A DNA stretch of 64,000 nucleotides from positions 913,313 to 977,312 of the forward strand of contig CAZDOJ010000001.1 in the NCBI GenBank assembly GCA_964507055.1, given 5' to 3'. This DNA is from an uncultured Gammaproteobacteria bacterium. Its GTDB lineage: Bacteria; Patescibacteriota; Microgenomatia; Levybacterales; UBA12049. Shown here in pieces: positions 1 through 8,838 of this stretch (the first letter of the stretch is position 1; the number at the start of each line of letters is the position of its first letter). The position numbers and the translations under genes were made by a program. The notes under the pieces were generated by a model. That model ran no database searches. It saw only the letters and a program-made list of their open reading frames with translations, and had not been told where the DNA came from.

Positions 1-234
1 TAAGATAAGAACTGGAGTTTCTTTATCAATCTTAGTTTTATGTCCATAAGCCGCAAATAACTCATGTAAATCAATTTGTGCAGCAAAGTCATAAACGAAT
101 GCATTTACTGGAACATCGGGAAGCGTCTCTTTTAATAGAAAGCGGAATTTATCAAGTGAATCAACCCGAGACATTTCTTCTCGTAGATCTTCACTATCAT
201 AAGGTATGTGTATTATGTCCTCTCGCTCAACCAT
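1..234 (-). CDS. hypothetical protein, N-terminal fragment (gene runs off the window start)
   Basis: Minus-strand ATG at 234..232 opens a frame that stays open to position 1 (78 codons: MVEREDIIHIPYDSEDLREEMSRVDSLDKF...). It is missing from the ORF track because it is truncated. No family recognised. It is not EF-G, which would be expected after rpsG. Confidence 0.3.
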   Translation of the reverse strand, partial: MVEREDIIHIPYDSEDLREEMSRVDSLDKFRFLLKETLPDVPVNAFVYDFAAQIDLHELFAAYGHKTKIDKETPVLIL

Positions 235-272
235 AGTGCCATTATGATAGCATACGATGTCAACTTGAATAC

Positions 273-296
273 AAAAAAACCGCCTTGTAAGCGGTT
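273..296 (-). terminator. Rho-independent terminator downstream of rpsG
   Basis: Read on the minus strand, stem AACCGC, loop TTACAAG, stem GCGGTT (278..296), then a run of 7 T (279..273). It lies 24 nt after the rpsG stop (320). Confidence 0.6.
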
Positions 297-319
297 CAGA
301 ATTAGATATAAACTGCTGT

Positions 320-793
320 TTACCAACGGAATGAACTGAAGGCTTTGTTTGCTTCTGCTTGTTTGAGGGCGATTTCTCGCTTTCGGACTGCTTCTCCTTG
401 ATTTTGAAGAGCATCCATAAGTTCAGCTGCCAATTTTTCGGCAAATGTGTGATATTCTTTGTTTGCTCTCTTACGAGCCGCTTCGATAATCCATCGCAAA
501 GCGAGTGACATACGGCGTTCTGCACGGACTTCAGTAGGGACTTGATAATTCGCACCACCAATACGTCGAGCTTTTACTTCGATTTTTGGACCTACGTTTT
601 GCATAGCTTTTTCAAAAGCCTTTAGTGGATCTTCGCCTTTTGCTTCAATAATCTTGAATGCATTATACACTTGTGTTTGCGCGATTGTCTTTTTACCATC
701 AATCATGATGTAATTGATAAGCTTCGCAACTACAAATGAATTGTAGATTGTATCTGGTGCAATTACTCTTTTTGTTACTTTAGCGTGTCTCAT
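320..793 (-). CDS. rpsG: 30S ribosomal protein S7
   Basis: 157 aa. MRHAKVTKRVIAPD...GGANYQVPTEVRAERR is the canonical S7 signature. It lies 12 nt after rpsL. Confidence 0.95.
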   Translation of the reverse strand: MRHAKVTKRVIAPDTIYNSFVVAKLINYIMIDGKKTIAQTQVYNAFKIIEAKGEDPLKAFEKAMQNVGPKIEVKARRIGGANYQVPTEVRAERRMSLALRWIIEAARKRANKEYHTFAEKLAAELMDALQNQGEAVRKREIALKQAEANKAFSSFRW

Positions 794-805
794 ATATTTT
801 TATAA

Positions 806-1225
806 CTAAGCTGCAGCTTTCTGCATCTTTGTACCATAGATACTTCGTGATGTCTTTCTCTTTTCAACACCAAGAAGATCAAATTTACCTCGAACCGCGT
901 GATATTTTACACCTGGAAGGTCACGAACACGACCTCCACGAACCAATACGATACCGTGTTCAGAAAGAGTGTGTCCTTCACCTTGGATGTACGCCGTAAC
1001 TTCCATTTTATTAGAAAGCTTCACACGAGCAACTTTACGAAGTGCTGAGTTAGGCTTCTTCGGTGTCATTGTTTTAACCAATGTGACAACGCCACGCTTT
1101 TGTGGTGAATCGGCCTCAACGTATGCACGATCTTTTGCATTAAAAAGTCTCTTCAAAGCCGTAGCCTTGGTTTTACCGACTCTTTTTACTCTTCCTCTTT
1201 TTGTTAATTGTGATAATGTTGGCAT
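806..1225 (-). CDS. rpsL: 30S ribosomal protein S12
   Basis: [11 protein letters not shown]...[17 protein letters not shown]...[11 protein letters not shown] is S12. The ORF track extends to 1267 through a non-conserved 14-aa leader. The conserved MPTLSQL start is the ATG at 1225..1223, verified in the sequence. Confidence 0.92.
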   Translation of the reverse strand: MPTLSQLTKRGRVKRVGKTKATALKRLFNAKDRAYVEADSPQKRGVVTLVKTMTPKKPNSALRKVARVKLSNKMEVTAYIQGEGHTLSEHGIVLVRGGRVRDLPGVKYHAVRGKFDLLGVEKRKTSRSIYGTKMQKAAA

Positions 1226-1235
1226 ATGTTTTGGT

Positions 1236-1244
1236 ATTATAACA
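1236..1244 (-). promoter_or_regulatory. candidate extended -10 box (TGTTATAAT) 10 nt upstream of the rpsL ATG
   Basis: Minus-strand TGTTATAAT at 1244..1236. Spacer 1235..1226. ATG at 1225. Part of a recurring pattern described in the findings. Confidence 0.35.
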
Positions 1245-1272
1245 CATTTACCCTCAGAATGGATCACATTCT

Positions 1273-1285
1273 CGCGAAATTCGCG
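1273..1285. promoter_or_regulatory. 13-nt near-perfect palindrome CGCGAAATTCGCG in the rpoC-rpsL intergenic region
   Basis: GC-rich dyad in an otherwise AT-rich spacer (1268..1372). Could be an operator or a leader hairpin for rpsL. Confidence 0.3.
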
Positions 1286-1372
1286 TGGAGTATTTAGTAG
1301 TTGTATAAAGAATTAAGTAAAACGATTATATGCTTCAGTATCCGTAATACTTACTTCTTAAAACTTTATACT

Positions 1373-4300
1373 CTAGACGGTAGCAGGTGTTTCTTCAACT
1401 TCTGGTTCTTTAACTTCATCTTCAGTTGCTTCTGCAACTTCTTCTTTAACTACTTCAGTATTTTTTTCTTTTGATTCTTCGTCTGAACCATTTGATCCGC
1501 CTTCTTCTTCCTCAGGTTCAAAACTTCCGCTCATACCAGCGACTGGAATCAATCGACCAATGATGACGTTTTCTTTCAAACCAAGGAGCTTATCAACTCG
1601 ACCTTCAAGTGCAGCTTCTGTCAAAACCTTTGTAGTTTCTTGGAATGATGCAGCTGAGAGCCATGAATCTGAGAATAACGCTGACTTTGTGATACCCAAG
1701 ATAACTTGGCGACCTGTTGCTGGTTCTCCGCCTTCTGAGAGAACTTCTGCATTCATTTCTTCAAATCGTGCCTTTGTTACAAAGTCACCAGGAATAAGTG
1801 CTGTGTCTCCGACTGTTTCAACGATGATCTTATCAGACATCTTTCGGATAGTAACTTCAAAGTGCTTATCGTTAATACCAATACCTTGTGATTCATATAC
1901 CTTTTGAACTTCAGTAATGAGGTATCTTTGAACCATTGAGAGTCCACCGATCTTCAAAACTTCTTTTGGATCCAAATCACCTTCTGCAAGAGCTGTACCA
2001 GCATTGATTTCTTCACCATCTTGTACTTTTAATGTCGCTGATAATGGAACGAAGTATTCTTGTGATTCGATTGGTTTGATCTTTGTATTCTTAACTGTAA
2101 TTACGTGTCCTTCGTTATTTGTTTCGATCTTCACTTTACCAGTGATTTCTGAAACCGCTGCCAAATTCTTTGGAGTTCTCATTTCAAAGAGTTCTTCAAC
2201 ACGTGGCAAACCTTGAGTCACGTCACTCATAACAACTCCACCATAATGTCGTACACGCATAGTAAGCTGAGTACCAGGTTCACCGATACTTTGTGCAGCC
2301 ATAACTCCGACTGGAACTCCGAGACCAATTCGCTTCTTTGTTGAAAGATCCCAACCATAACATGAAGCACAGAGTCCGTATGGAAGAGCACATGTCAAAG
2401 GTGATCGTACAACTGCTTCTTCAACTTCGTTTTCTTCAAGAAGGTGGACATTTTCTTCATTAACTTCTTCACCAGCTTTTATAGCAATCTTCTTTGAGTT
2501 CTTCGCCATTGCATTTTCTCCAAGGACACGACCCATGAGTCTGTCTCCAAATGCTGCAGTTCTTTCTTTTTCGCCTCGAACTATAGTGATACCATTTGTA
2601 GTTCCACAATCTTCTTCTCGGATGATAACTTCATGTGCTACGTCAACAAGTCTTCGAGTTAAGTATCCAGCATTCGCTGTCTTAAGAGCTGAGTCGGTCA
2701 AACCTTTACGTGAACCTCTTGCTGAAGCTACGTATTCAAAGATTGAAAGACCTTCTCGGAAGTTAGACTTAACTGGAAGTTCAACGATCTTACCCATAGG
2801 ATCAACGATAAGTCCACGAAGCGCCGAAAGCTGCTTAAGCTGTTCAAGACCTGCACGAGATCCACCAGAATCGATAGAAATCTTAATTGGGTTGTTTGGT
2901 TTCAATGATTTCCATGAAATATCTCCAACAGTATTAGTAACCTTCAACCAAACTTCGTTACTAAGTCTCTTCTTTTCAGAGAGAGTAATAAGTCCTTGCT
3001 GATATTCTTGATCGATTTCTGCAACCTTCTTTTCTCCTTCTCTAACCATTGCATCTTTTTCAGGAACAATTTCATTATCAAACATACTTACAGATACACC
3101 CGAGATAGTTGCTCCGAAGAATCCAAGACTCTTAATCTTATCAATAAGTGCTGCAACAGTATCGCCATCATAGATCTTCATTGATCGAGTGATAAGTTTC
3201 TTAATCCCACCTGCATTGATAGCTTCATTTACGTAACCATAGTCTGCTGGAAGCAATTCGTTGAATTTAATACGTCCAACTGAAGTTTCGATAACTTTTG
3301 CTACACCATCATGAGTCATGATACGAACTGTGATCGGTTGTCTCATACGTACTTTTCCGATGTCATAAGCCAAGAGAGCTGAATTTGGTTCACTAAAGTG
3401 TGCCTGATCTTCTTCACTCTTTCGAAGGGTTTCATCAATTGTTGTAAGGTAATATGTACCCAAAGCCATTTCCTTGTTTGGAAGTGTAATTGGATCTCCA
3501 CTAGCTGGCTTCAAAAGGTTATGATTTGGCATCATAAGTTGGATCGCTTCTTCTTGAGCTTTTGCAGATAATGGGATGTGAACAGCCATTTGGTCACCGT
3601 CAAAGTCGGCGTTATAACCTGCACATACACAAGGATGCAATTGGATCGCTGCCCCTTCAATAAGAACAGGATAGAATGCTTGAATACCGAGTTTGTGCAA
3701 TGTAGGAGCACGGTTCAAAAGAACTGGATGATTCTTTGTGATTTCTTCAAGAATATCAAATACCTCTGGTGGTCGCTTTTCGATATATCGCTTTGCTGAC
3801 TTAATGTTTGTAGCCAAACCTCGAACGATAACTTCTCGAAGGATGAAAGGCTTAAACATTTCAAGTGCCATTTCTTTTGGAAGACCACATTGGTTCAATT
3901 TAAGTTCAGGACCAACTACGATAACTGAACGTCCTGAGTAATCAACACGCTTTCCAAGAAGATTCTGTCTGAATCGTCCCTGCTTACCTCGAAGCATGTC
4001 AGAAAGTGATCGAAGTGCTGATGACATTGTTTGTGAACTTCGCTGTGATGAATCAATAAGTGCATCAACTGATTCCTGGAGCATTCTCTTTTCATTCCTC
4101 AAGATGATTTCAGGAGCACCAAGAGCAAGAAGATGCTTCAAACGATTGTTTCGGTTAATAACTCTTCGGTAAAGATCGTTTAAATCTGATGTCGCAAATC
4201 TTCCACCTGAAAGCTGAACCATAGGTCGAAGGTCTGGTGGGATAACTGGAAGTACAGTCATAACCATAGCTTCTGGAGTGATATCTGCTTTTCGCATATT

Positions 4301-5257
4301 TTCAAGGAGTCGAAGTCTCTTAACGAGCTTCAAGTATCGCTGTGCACTTGCTTTTTCAGATTCAGTTCGAAGATTAGCAATCAATGTAGGGATGTCGAGC
4401 TTTGTGACAACTTCCAAAAGTGCCTCTGAACCAGTCTTAATAGTAAAGAAGATTGGTGTATCGTATTCAAGGAGCTTGAAGTATTCATCTTCTGAAAGAA
4501 CACTTCCAACTCGAAGACTCTTCAAAAGCTTCGTGAATGTATCAGAAATTTCATCCAATTTCTTAAGTTCACCTTCAAGAGATTCAGAATTTCGAGTCAA
4601 TTTTTGTCGTGCTGCGAGATCAATTTCTTCTTCAATCAATTGCTTTTGCTCATCTGAACCTTTACTCTTAATTTCTTTCTTCTTTTCTTCAGCTTCAGCA
4701 TTAATCTTATCGCCTTCTGTATCCATACGTTCTGTCAACGCATCTTTTCGCTTTGTCATTGTTTCGACAAATGTATCAAGAGCTTCTTTCTTCTTTTCCT
4801 CATCAATGTTTGTAATCAGGTATGAAGCATAGTAGATGATAGATTCAAGACTCTTTTGTTGAATATCCAAAAGAAGTGAAAGTGCACTTGATGCTCCCTT
4901 GAAATACCATACGTGGGCAACTGGTGATGAAAGAGTAATGTGACCAAGTCTTTCACGTCGAACACGTGAGAGTGTAACTTCTACACCACATTTATCACAA
5001 ACGATTCCTCGGTAACGGATTCTCTTGTATTTACCACAATAACATTCCCAGTCCTTCGTAGGTCCAAATATTCTTTCGTCAAAAAGACCATCTTTTTCTG
5101 GTCGAAGAGTTCGGTAGTTAATGGTTTCTGGCTTTGTAACTTCACCATATGACCATTGCATAATATCTTCATTTTTAGCCAAAAGAAGCTTCAATGATTT
5201 GAAATCAGCGATATTTAAATCTTTTAATATATTCTTATTTTTGTCTTTGTTATTCAT
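1373..5257 (-). CDS. rpoC: DNA-directed RNA polymerase subunit beta-prime
   Basis: WSYGEVTKPETINYRTLRPEKDGLFDERIFGP...CYCGKYKRIRYRGIVCDKCGVEVT (zinc-binding N-terminus), the NADFDGD catalytic motif, and an acidic C-terminal tail. The ORF track starts at a TTG (5314) that overlaps rpoB. In-frame ATGs lie at 5269 and 5257. The ATG at 5257 is preceded by GAGGGAG (5276..5270) at 12 nt and lies 1 nt after the rpoB stop, so I chose it. The start is uncertain between 5257 and 5269. Confidence 0.92.
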   Translation of the reverse strand: MNNKDKNKNILKDLNIADFKSLKLLLAKNEDIMQWSYGEVTKPETINYRTLRPEKDGLFDERIFGPTKDWECYCGKYKRIRYRGIVCDKCGVEVTLSRVRRERLGHITLSSPVAHVWYFKGASSALSLLLDIQQKSLESIIYYASYLITNIDEEKKKEALDTFVETMTKRKDALTERMDTEGDKINAEAEEKKKEIKSKGSDEQKQLIEEEIDLAARQKLTRNSESLEGELKKLDEISDTFTKLLKSLRVGSVLSEDEYFKLLEYDTPIFFTIKTGSEALLEVVTKLDIPTLIANLRTESEKASAQRYLKLVKRLRLLENMRKADITPEAMVMTVLPVIPPDLRPMVQLSGGRFATSDLNDLYRRVINRNNRLKHLLALGAPEIILRNEKRMLQESVDALIDSSQRSSQTMSSALRSLSDMLRGKQGRFRQNLLGKRVDYSGRSVIVVGPELKLNQCGLPKEMALEMFKPFILREVIVRGLATNIKSAKRYIEKRPPEVFDILEEITKNHPVLLNRAPTLHKLGIQAFYPVLIEGAAIQLHPCVCAGYNADFDGDQMAVHIPLSAKAQEEAIQLMMPNHNLLKPASGDPITLPNKEMALGTYYLTTIDETLRKSEEDQAHFSEPNSALLAYDIGKVRMRQPITVRIMTHDGVAKVIETSVGRIKFNELLPADYGYVNEAINAGGIKKLITRSMKIYDGDTVAALIDKIKSLGFFGATISGVSVSMFDNEIVPEKDAMVREGEKKVAEIDQEYQQGLITLSEKKRLSNEVWLKVTNTVGDISWKSLKPNNPIKISIDSGGSRAGLEQLKQLSALRGLIVDPMGKIVELPVKSNFREGLSIFEYVASARGSRKGLTDSALKTANAGYLTRRLVDVAHEVIIREEDCGTTNGITIVRGEKERTAAFGDRLMGRVLGENAMAKNSKKIAIKAGEEVNEENVHLLEENEVEEAVVRSPLTCALPYGLCASCYGWDLSTKKRIGLGVPVGVMAAQSIGEPGTQLTMRVRHYGGVVMSDVTQGLPRVEELFEMRTPKNLAAVSEITGKVKIETNNEGHVITVKNTKIKPIESQEYFVPLSATLKVQDGEEINAGTALAEGDLDPKEVLKIGGLSMVQRYLITEVQKVYESQGIGINDKHFEVTIRKMSDKIIVETVGDTALIPGDFVTKARFEEMNAEVLSEGGEPATGRQVILGITKSALFSDSWLSAASFQETTKVLTEAALEGRVDKLLGLKENVIIGRLIPVAGMSGSFEPEEEEGGSNGSDEESKEKNTEVVKEEVAEATEDEVKEPEVEETPATV

Positions 5258-5258
5258 A

Positions 5259-8200
5259 TTATTTAACATCTCCCTCAGCTGCTTCCAAATCAGCTTCACT
5301 TGGTTCTTCTTCAATTTCTACTTCAACTTCTTTTTCTTCTGGCTCTTCAGCTACTGGTTCTGCTTCTAAAGTTTCTTCAAGTTCTTTTACTTCTTCTTTG
5401 ACTTCTTCAGATGCAACTTCGGCCTTTTCTTCAACTTCTTCTTTTTCTTCAACTGCTCCGACTGGAATAACATTCAAACCGAGTGACTGCAATTCTTTGA
5501 TCAAAACTTTGAATGATTCAGGAACCTTTGGTGTAGGGATATCTGTTCCCTTAACGATAGCTTCAAAAGCTTTCGCACGGCCGACAACATCATCAGACTT
5601 AATTGTAAGCATTTCCTGAAGGATGTATCGTGCTCGATGAGATTCAAGAGCCCAAACTTCCATTTCTCCAAGTCTCTGTCCACCCATTTGTGCTTTACCA
5701 CCAAGTGGCTGCTGAGTGACAAGTGAGTATGGTCCAGTAGAACGAGCGTGAGTCTTATCCTCAACCATGTGGATAAGCTTCATAATGTATTCTATACCAA
5801 CCACTACCGGATTTTCAAATGGAATTCCAGTTTTACCATCAATCAAGTTCATTTTACCATTTACTGGCAAGCCTGCTTCTTTCAAAAGATCAGTCATTCT
5901 ATTTTCATCAATCTTTTCAAATGCTGGAACTCCAACTTTAAGTCCGAGCTTTTGAGCTGCATATCCAACGTGAGCCTCCATGATCTGACCAAGATTCATA
6001 CGAGCAAGGATAGATACAGGAGAGATAATGATATCAATCGGTGTACCATCTTCCAAATGAGGCATATCCGCAACTGGAAGAATTCTTGAAATAATACCCT
6101 TGTTACCATGTCGTCCAGCAAGTTTGTCCCCAACTGAAACGTGTCTGAATTGTGCAACTTCAACAATGATTTTTCGCATTGTTCCTGGTTCTAATTCATC
6201 ACCTTGCTTACGATCCAAAACTTGGATTGAAATAACTGTTCCTCGTTCTCCGTGTGGCATTCTCAAAGAAGTATCTCGAACTTCTCGTGCTTGCTCACCA
6301 AAGATTGCTCGCAAAAGTCTTTCTTCTGCTGTTAATTCTGTTTCACCTTTTGGTGCAATCTTTCCAACAAGAATGTCTCCAGGTGAGACTTCGGATCCTA
6401 ACACGACGACACCTGTTTCGTCAAGGTTTGCGAGATCTTCTTCACTTACATTTGGAATATCTCGTGTTGTTTCTTCAGGTCCGAGCTTTGTTTCAACTAC
6501 AGCTGCTTCATACTTTTCAATATGGATACTTGAAAGTACGTTTTGCTTCACAAGATTGTCTGAGACAACGATAGCATCTTCATAACCAAGTCCATCGAGT
6601 GATGCATATGCGATCAAAAGATTTCGTCCGAGTGCGAGTTCTCCAAGTTGACTTGAAGGACCATCAATCAAAACATCACCTTTTTTAACCAATTGACCTT
6701 GTGTAACCATTGCTCTTTGTGTGTATGAAGTAGCTTGTGAAGTTCTTTCGAATGCTTCGATTGGGAATGACATTGTATCTCCATTTTGACCTTCGATATT
6801 TACCTTATCAGCGTCAACATACATAACCTTTGCATCAAATGGAGCGTGGATAACCCGACCCATAACTGCTGAAATATCTGCTTCCATACCTGTACCAACA
6901 ACTGGACTTTGTGGATTAACCAATGGAACAGCCTGACATTGCATGTGGGTACCCATCAACGCACGATTAGCTTCATCGTGAGCGATAAAAGGAATCAAAG
7001 ATGCTGATGTACCAACAACTTGTCGTGGAACAATGTCGATGTATTGCAACATTTCTCGATCTACTTCAGTAAAGTCTCCATTGTATCGAACTGGTACACG
7101 CTCATCAAGAATTTCACCTTTATCGCCGATACTTACACCAGCATGAGTAATGTATGCTTCTCTTTCGTCGTCTGCACTGAGGTATACGGTTTCATCACTA
7201 ATTCGGACTTTGTTTCCATCTTTAACAACTTTTCGATAAGGTGCTTCAAGGAAACCATAATCATTTACTCGAGAATAAAGAGCCATGTACGTAACCAAAC
7301 CAATGTTTGGACCTTCAGGACTTCGGATAGGATCAATTCTTCCATATTGTGAAGAATTAATGTCACGGATTGAGAAGGCTGCACGTTCTCGAGAGATACC
7401 GCCTGTACCCATAACGGTCAAACGGTTAAGGTTGTCTATTTCTGAAAGTGGGTTTGTCTGGTCAAGAATTGTGGAGAGCTGAGAGGTTCGGAAGAATTCA
7501 TTAATAGCTGCCATAATTGGACGTGCATTAATAAGGTTTCCAACAGTGACAGGAACATCTGCTTGCAAAAGTGACATCCTTTCTTTGATACTTCTTTCAA
7601 CTCTCAATACACCAACTCTAAATGCATTAATCGCTACTAATTCTCCTACACTTCGAACACGTCGGTTTGAAAGTGAATCAATATCATCTGTGTTACCTTT
7701 ACCAGCTTCGAGCTTCATAAGGTATGAGAGCGTTGCGATAATATCTTCGATAGTCAAAACATGTTCTTCTGATGGTTCAAATCCTTCAACTGCTTTAAGT
7801 CTTTTGTTAATCTTGTATCTTCCAACTACTCCAAGGTCATATCGTCGGTTATTGAAGAATAAGTTACTGAAGTATTCTCGTACCTTATCAAGAACAACTG
7901 GTTCACCTGGATGCATCTTTCGGAAAATTTCGATTAATGCTTCTGTATCACTTGTTGTTTCGTCTTTTGCGAGGGTGTTCTGAATTAATTGTGCTCCTGC
8001 TTCTCCTGCAACATCCTTGAACTTTTCTTTGATCGCATCATTGTCTGAAAGACCAAGTGCTCGAAGGAATGTTGTTGCCAAGAACTTTCGGCGTCGATCA
8101 ATCTTTACCGTAATAGTACCGTATCGAGTTGTTGCAAATTCGAGCCATGAACCGTGTACTGGTCGGATTTCTGTTGAATAAAGAGTTTTTCCAGTAATTG

Positions 8201-8660
8201 GATCTTGTGTTCCTGTGAAGAAAACACCAGATGAACGAACAAGCTGGTTAACAACTGCACGTTCGATACCGTTTACAACGAAAGTACCTCGTACTGTCAT
8301 TTGAGGGATATCACCCAAGAACACTTCTGCTTTGTGGTTTTCGCCAGTCTTTTTATTTGTGAGTGTTACTCCTACTGTTAATGGAGCATTGTAAGTAAGA
8401 CCTTTATATAACGCCATTTCTGGAGTGATAGTTGGTTTACCGATTTTGTGCTCGTGGAATTCTAATGACCAGTTCTTTCCTGTAAAATCATCAACTGGTG
8501 TAATTTCTTGAAGAATTTCTGGAATACCTTTTTCTTGAAAAAGTTTGTACGACGCTTTTTGTACTGCCAAGAGGTCTAACTTTGGTAAGTCTTTATAATC
8601 TTTTCCCCAATTCTGGCGAACGTATTTAATATTGTCTTGTGCGTCTGATTGCTTCGGCAT
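5259..8660 (-). CDS. rpoB: DNA-directed RNA polymerase subunit beta
   Basis: 1133 aa. Conserved RpoB blocks throughout, for example GDKLAGRHGNKG and NLGQIMEAHVG. Glu-rich C-terminal tail (EEKEEVEEKAEV...). Confidence 0.95.
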   Translation of the reverse strand: MPKQSDAQDNIKYVRQNWGKDYKDLPKLDLLAVQKASYKLFQEKGIPEILQEITPVDDFTGKNWSLEFHEHKIGKPTITPEMALYKGLTYNAPLTVGVTLTNKKTGENHKAEVFLGDIPQMTVRGTFVVNGIERAVVNQLVRSSGVFFTGTQDPITGKTLYSTEIRPVHGSWLEFATTRYGTITVKIDRRRKFLATTFLRALGLSDNDAIKEKFKDVAGEAGAQLIQNTLAKDETTSDTEALIEIFRKMHPGEPVVLDKVREYFSNLFFNNRRYDLGVVGRYKINKRLKAVEGFEPSEEHVLTIEDIIATLSYLMKLEAGKGNTDDIDSLSNRRVRSVGELVAINAFRVGVLRVERSIKERMSLLQADVPVTVGNLINARPIMAAINEFFRTSQLSTILDQTNPLSEIDNLNRLTVMGTGGISRERAAFSIRDINSSQYGRIDPIRSPEGPNIGLVTYMALYSRVNDYGFLEAPYRKVVKDGNKVRISDETVYLSADDEREAYITHAGVSIGDKGEILDERVPVRYNGDFTEVDREMLQYIDIVPRQVVGTSASLIPFIAHDEANRALMGTHMQCQAVPLVNPQSPVVGTGMEADISAVMGRVIHAPFDAKVMYVDADKVNIEGQNGDTMSFPIEAFERTSQATSYTQRAMVTQGQLVKKGDVLIDGPSSQLGELALGRNLLIAYASLDGLGYEDAIVVSDNLVKQNVLSSIHIEKYEAAVVETKLGPEETTRDIPNVSEEDLANLDETGVVVLGSEVSPGDILVGKIAPKGETELTAEERLLRAIFGEQAREVRDTSLRMPHGERGTVISIQVLDRKQGDELEPGTMRKIIVEVAQFRHVSVGDKLAGRHGNKGIISRILPVADMPHLEDGTPIDIIISPVSILARMNLGQIMEAHVGYAAQKLGLKVGVPAFEKIDENRMTDLLKEAGLPVNGKMNLIDGKTGIPFENPVVVGIEYIMKLIHMVEDKTHARSTGPYSLVTQQPLGGKAQMGGQRLGEMEVWALESHRARYILQEMLTIKSDDVVGRAKAFEAIVKGTDIPTPKVPESFKVLIKELQSLGLNVIPVGAVEEKEEVEEKAEVASEEVKEEVKELEETLEAEPVAEEPEEKEVEVEIEEEPSEADLEAAEGDVK

Positions 8661-8696
8661 TGGTAGTTAAATTGTAGGCAGGTTTGCTATTCATGC

Positions 8697-8730
8697 AAAA
8701 AAGATACAGAGGGCAATGCCCTTGTATCTT
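8697..8730 (-). terminator. stem-loop plus U-run upstream of rpoB (second terminator or rpoB leader attenuator)
   Basis: Minus strand AAGATACAAGGGCA..TGCCCTCTGTATCTT (8730..8701) followed by TTTTTT (8702..8697). About 14 bp of stem with one bulge. Confidence 0.45.
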
Positions 8731-8805
8731 CATCGGTAAATGAGAGCTATACGTTTATATCATACAATATAATTCTCTGTCAATACTTATTATGTATATT
8801 GGTAC

Positions 8806-8834
8806 AAAAAAGCCACTTTCCTTACAAAAGTGAC
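8806..8834 (-). terminator. Rho-independent terminator of the GH140-like gene
   Basis: Minus strand GTCACTTT-tgtaagg-AAAGTGGC (8834..8812) then TTTTTT (8811..8806). It begins 4 nt after the stop at 8839. Confidence 0.55.
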
Positions 8835-8838
8835 GCAT

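Noticed and set aside
969-5172. Many short plus- or minus-strand ORFs in the track that lie inside rpoC and rpoB (for example 969..1316, 1560..1907, 2535..3002, 4278..4832, 4981..5172, 5121..5369, 6100..6585).
   Set aside because: They fall entirely within the long, motif-rich rpoB and rpoC frames on the opposite strand or in another frame. Their translations are low complexity (S-, F- or L-rich). They are antisense or alternate-frame artefacts.
8661-8838. Looked for a tRNA or small RNA in the 178-nt rpoB upstream region.
   Set aside because: No cloverleaf-compatible GTTC/TTC-loop or acceptor pairing was found. The space is explained by two terminator hairpins plus a promoter-like TTGCAT-16-TACAAT.
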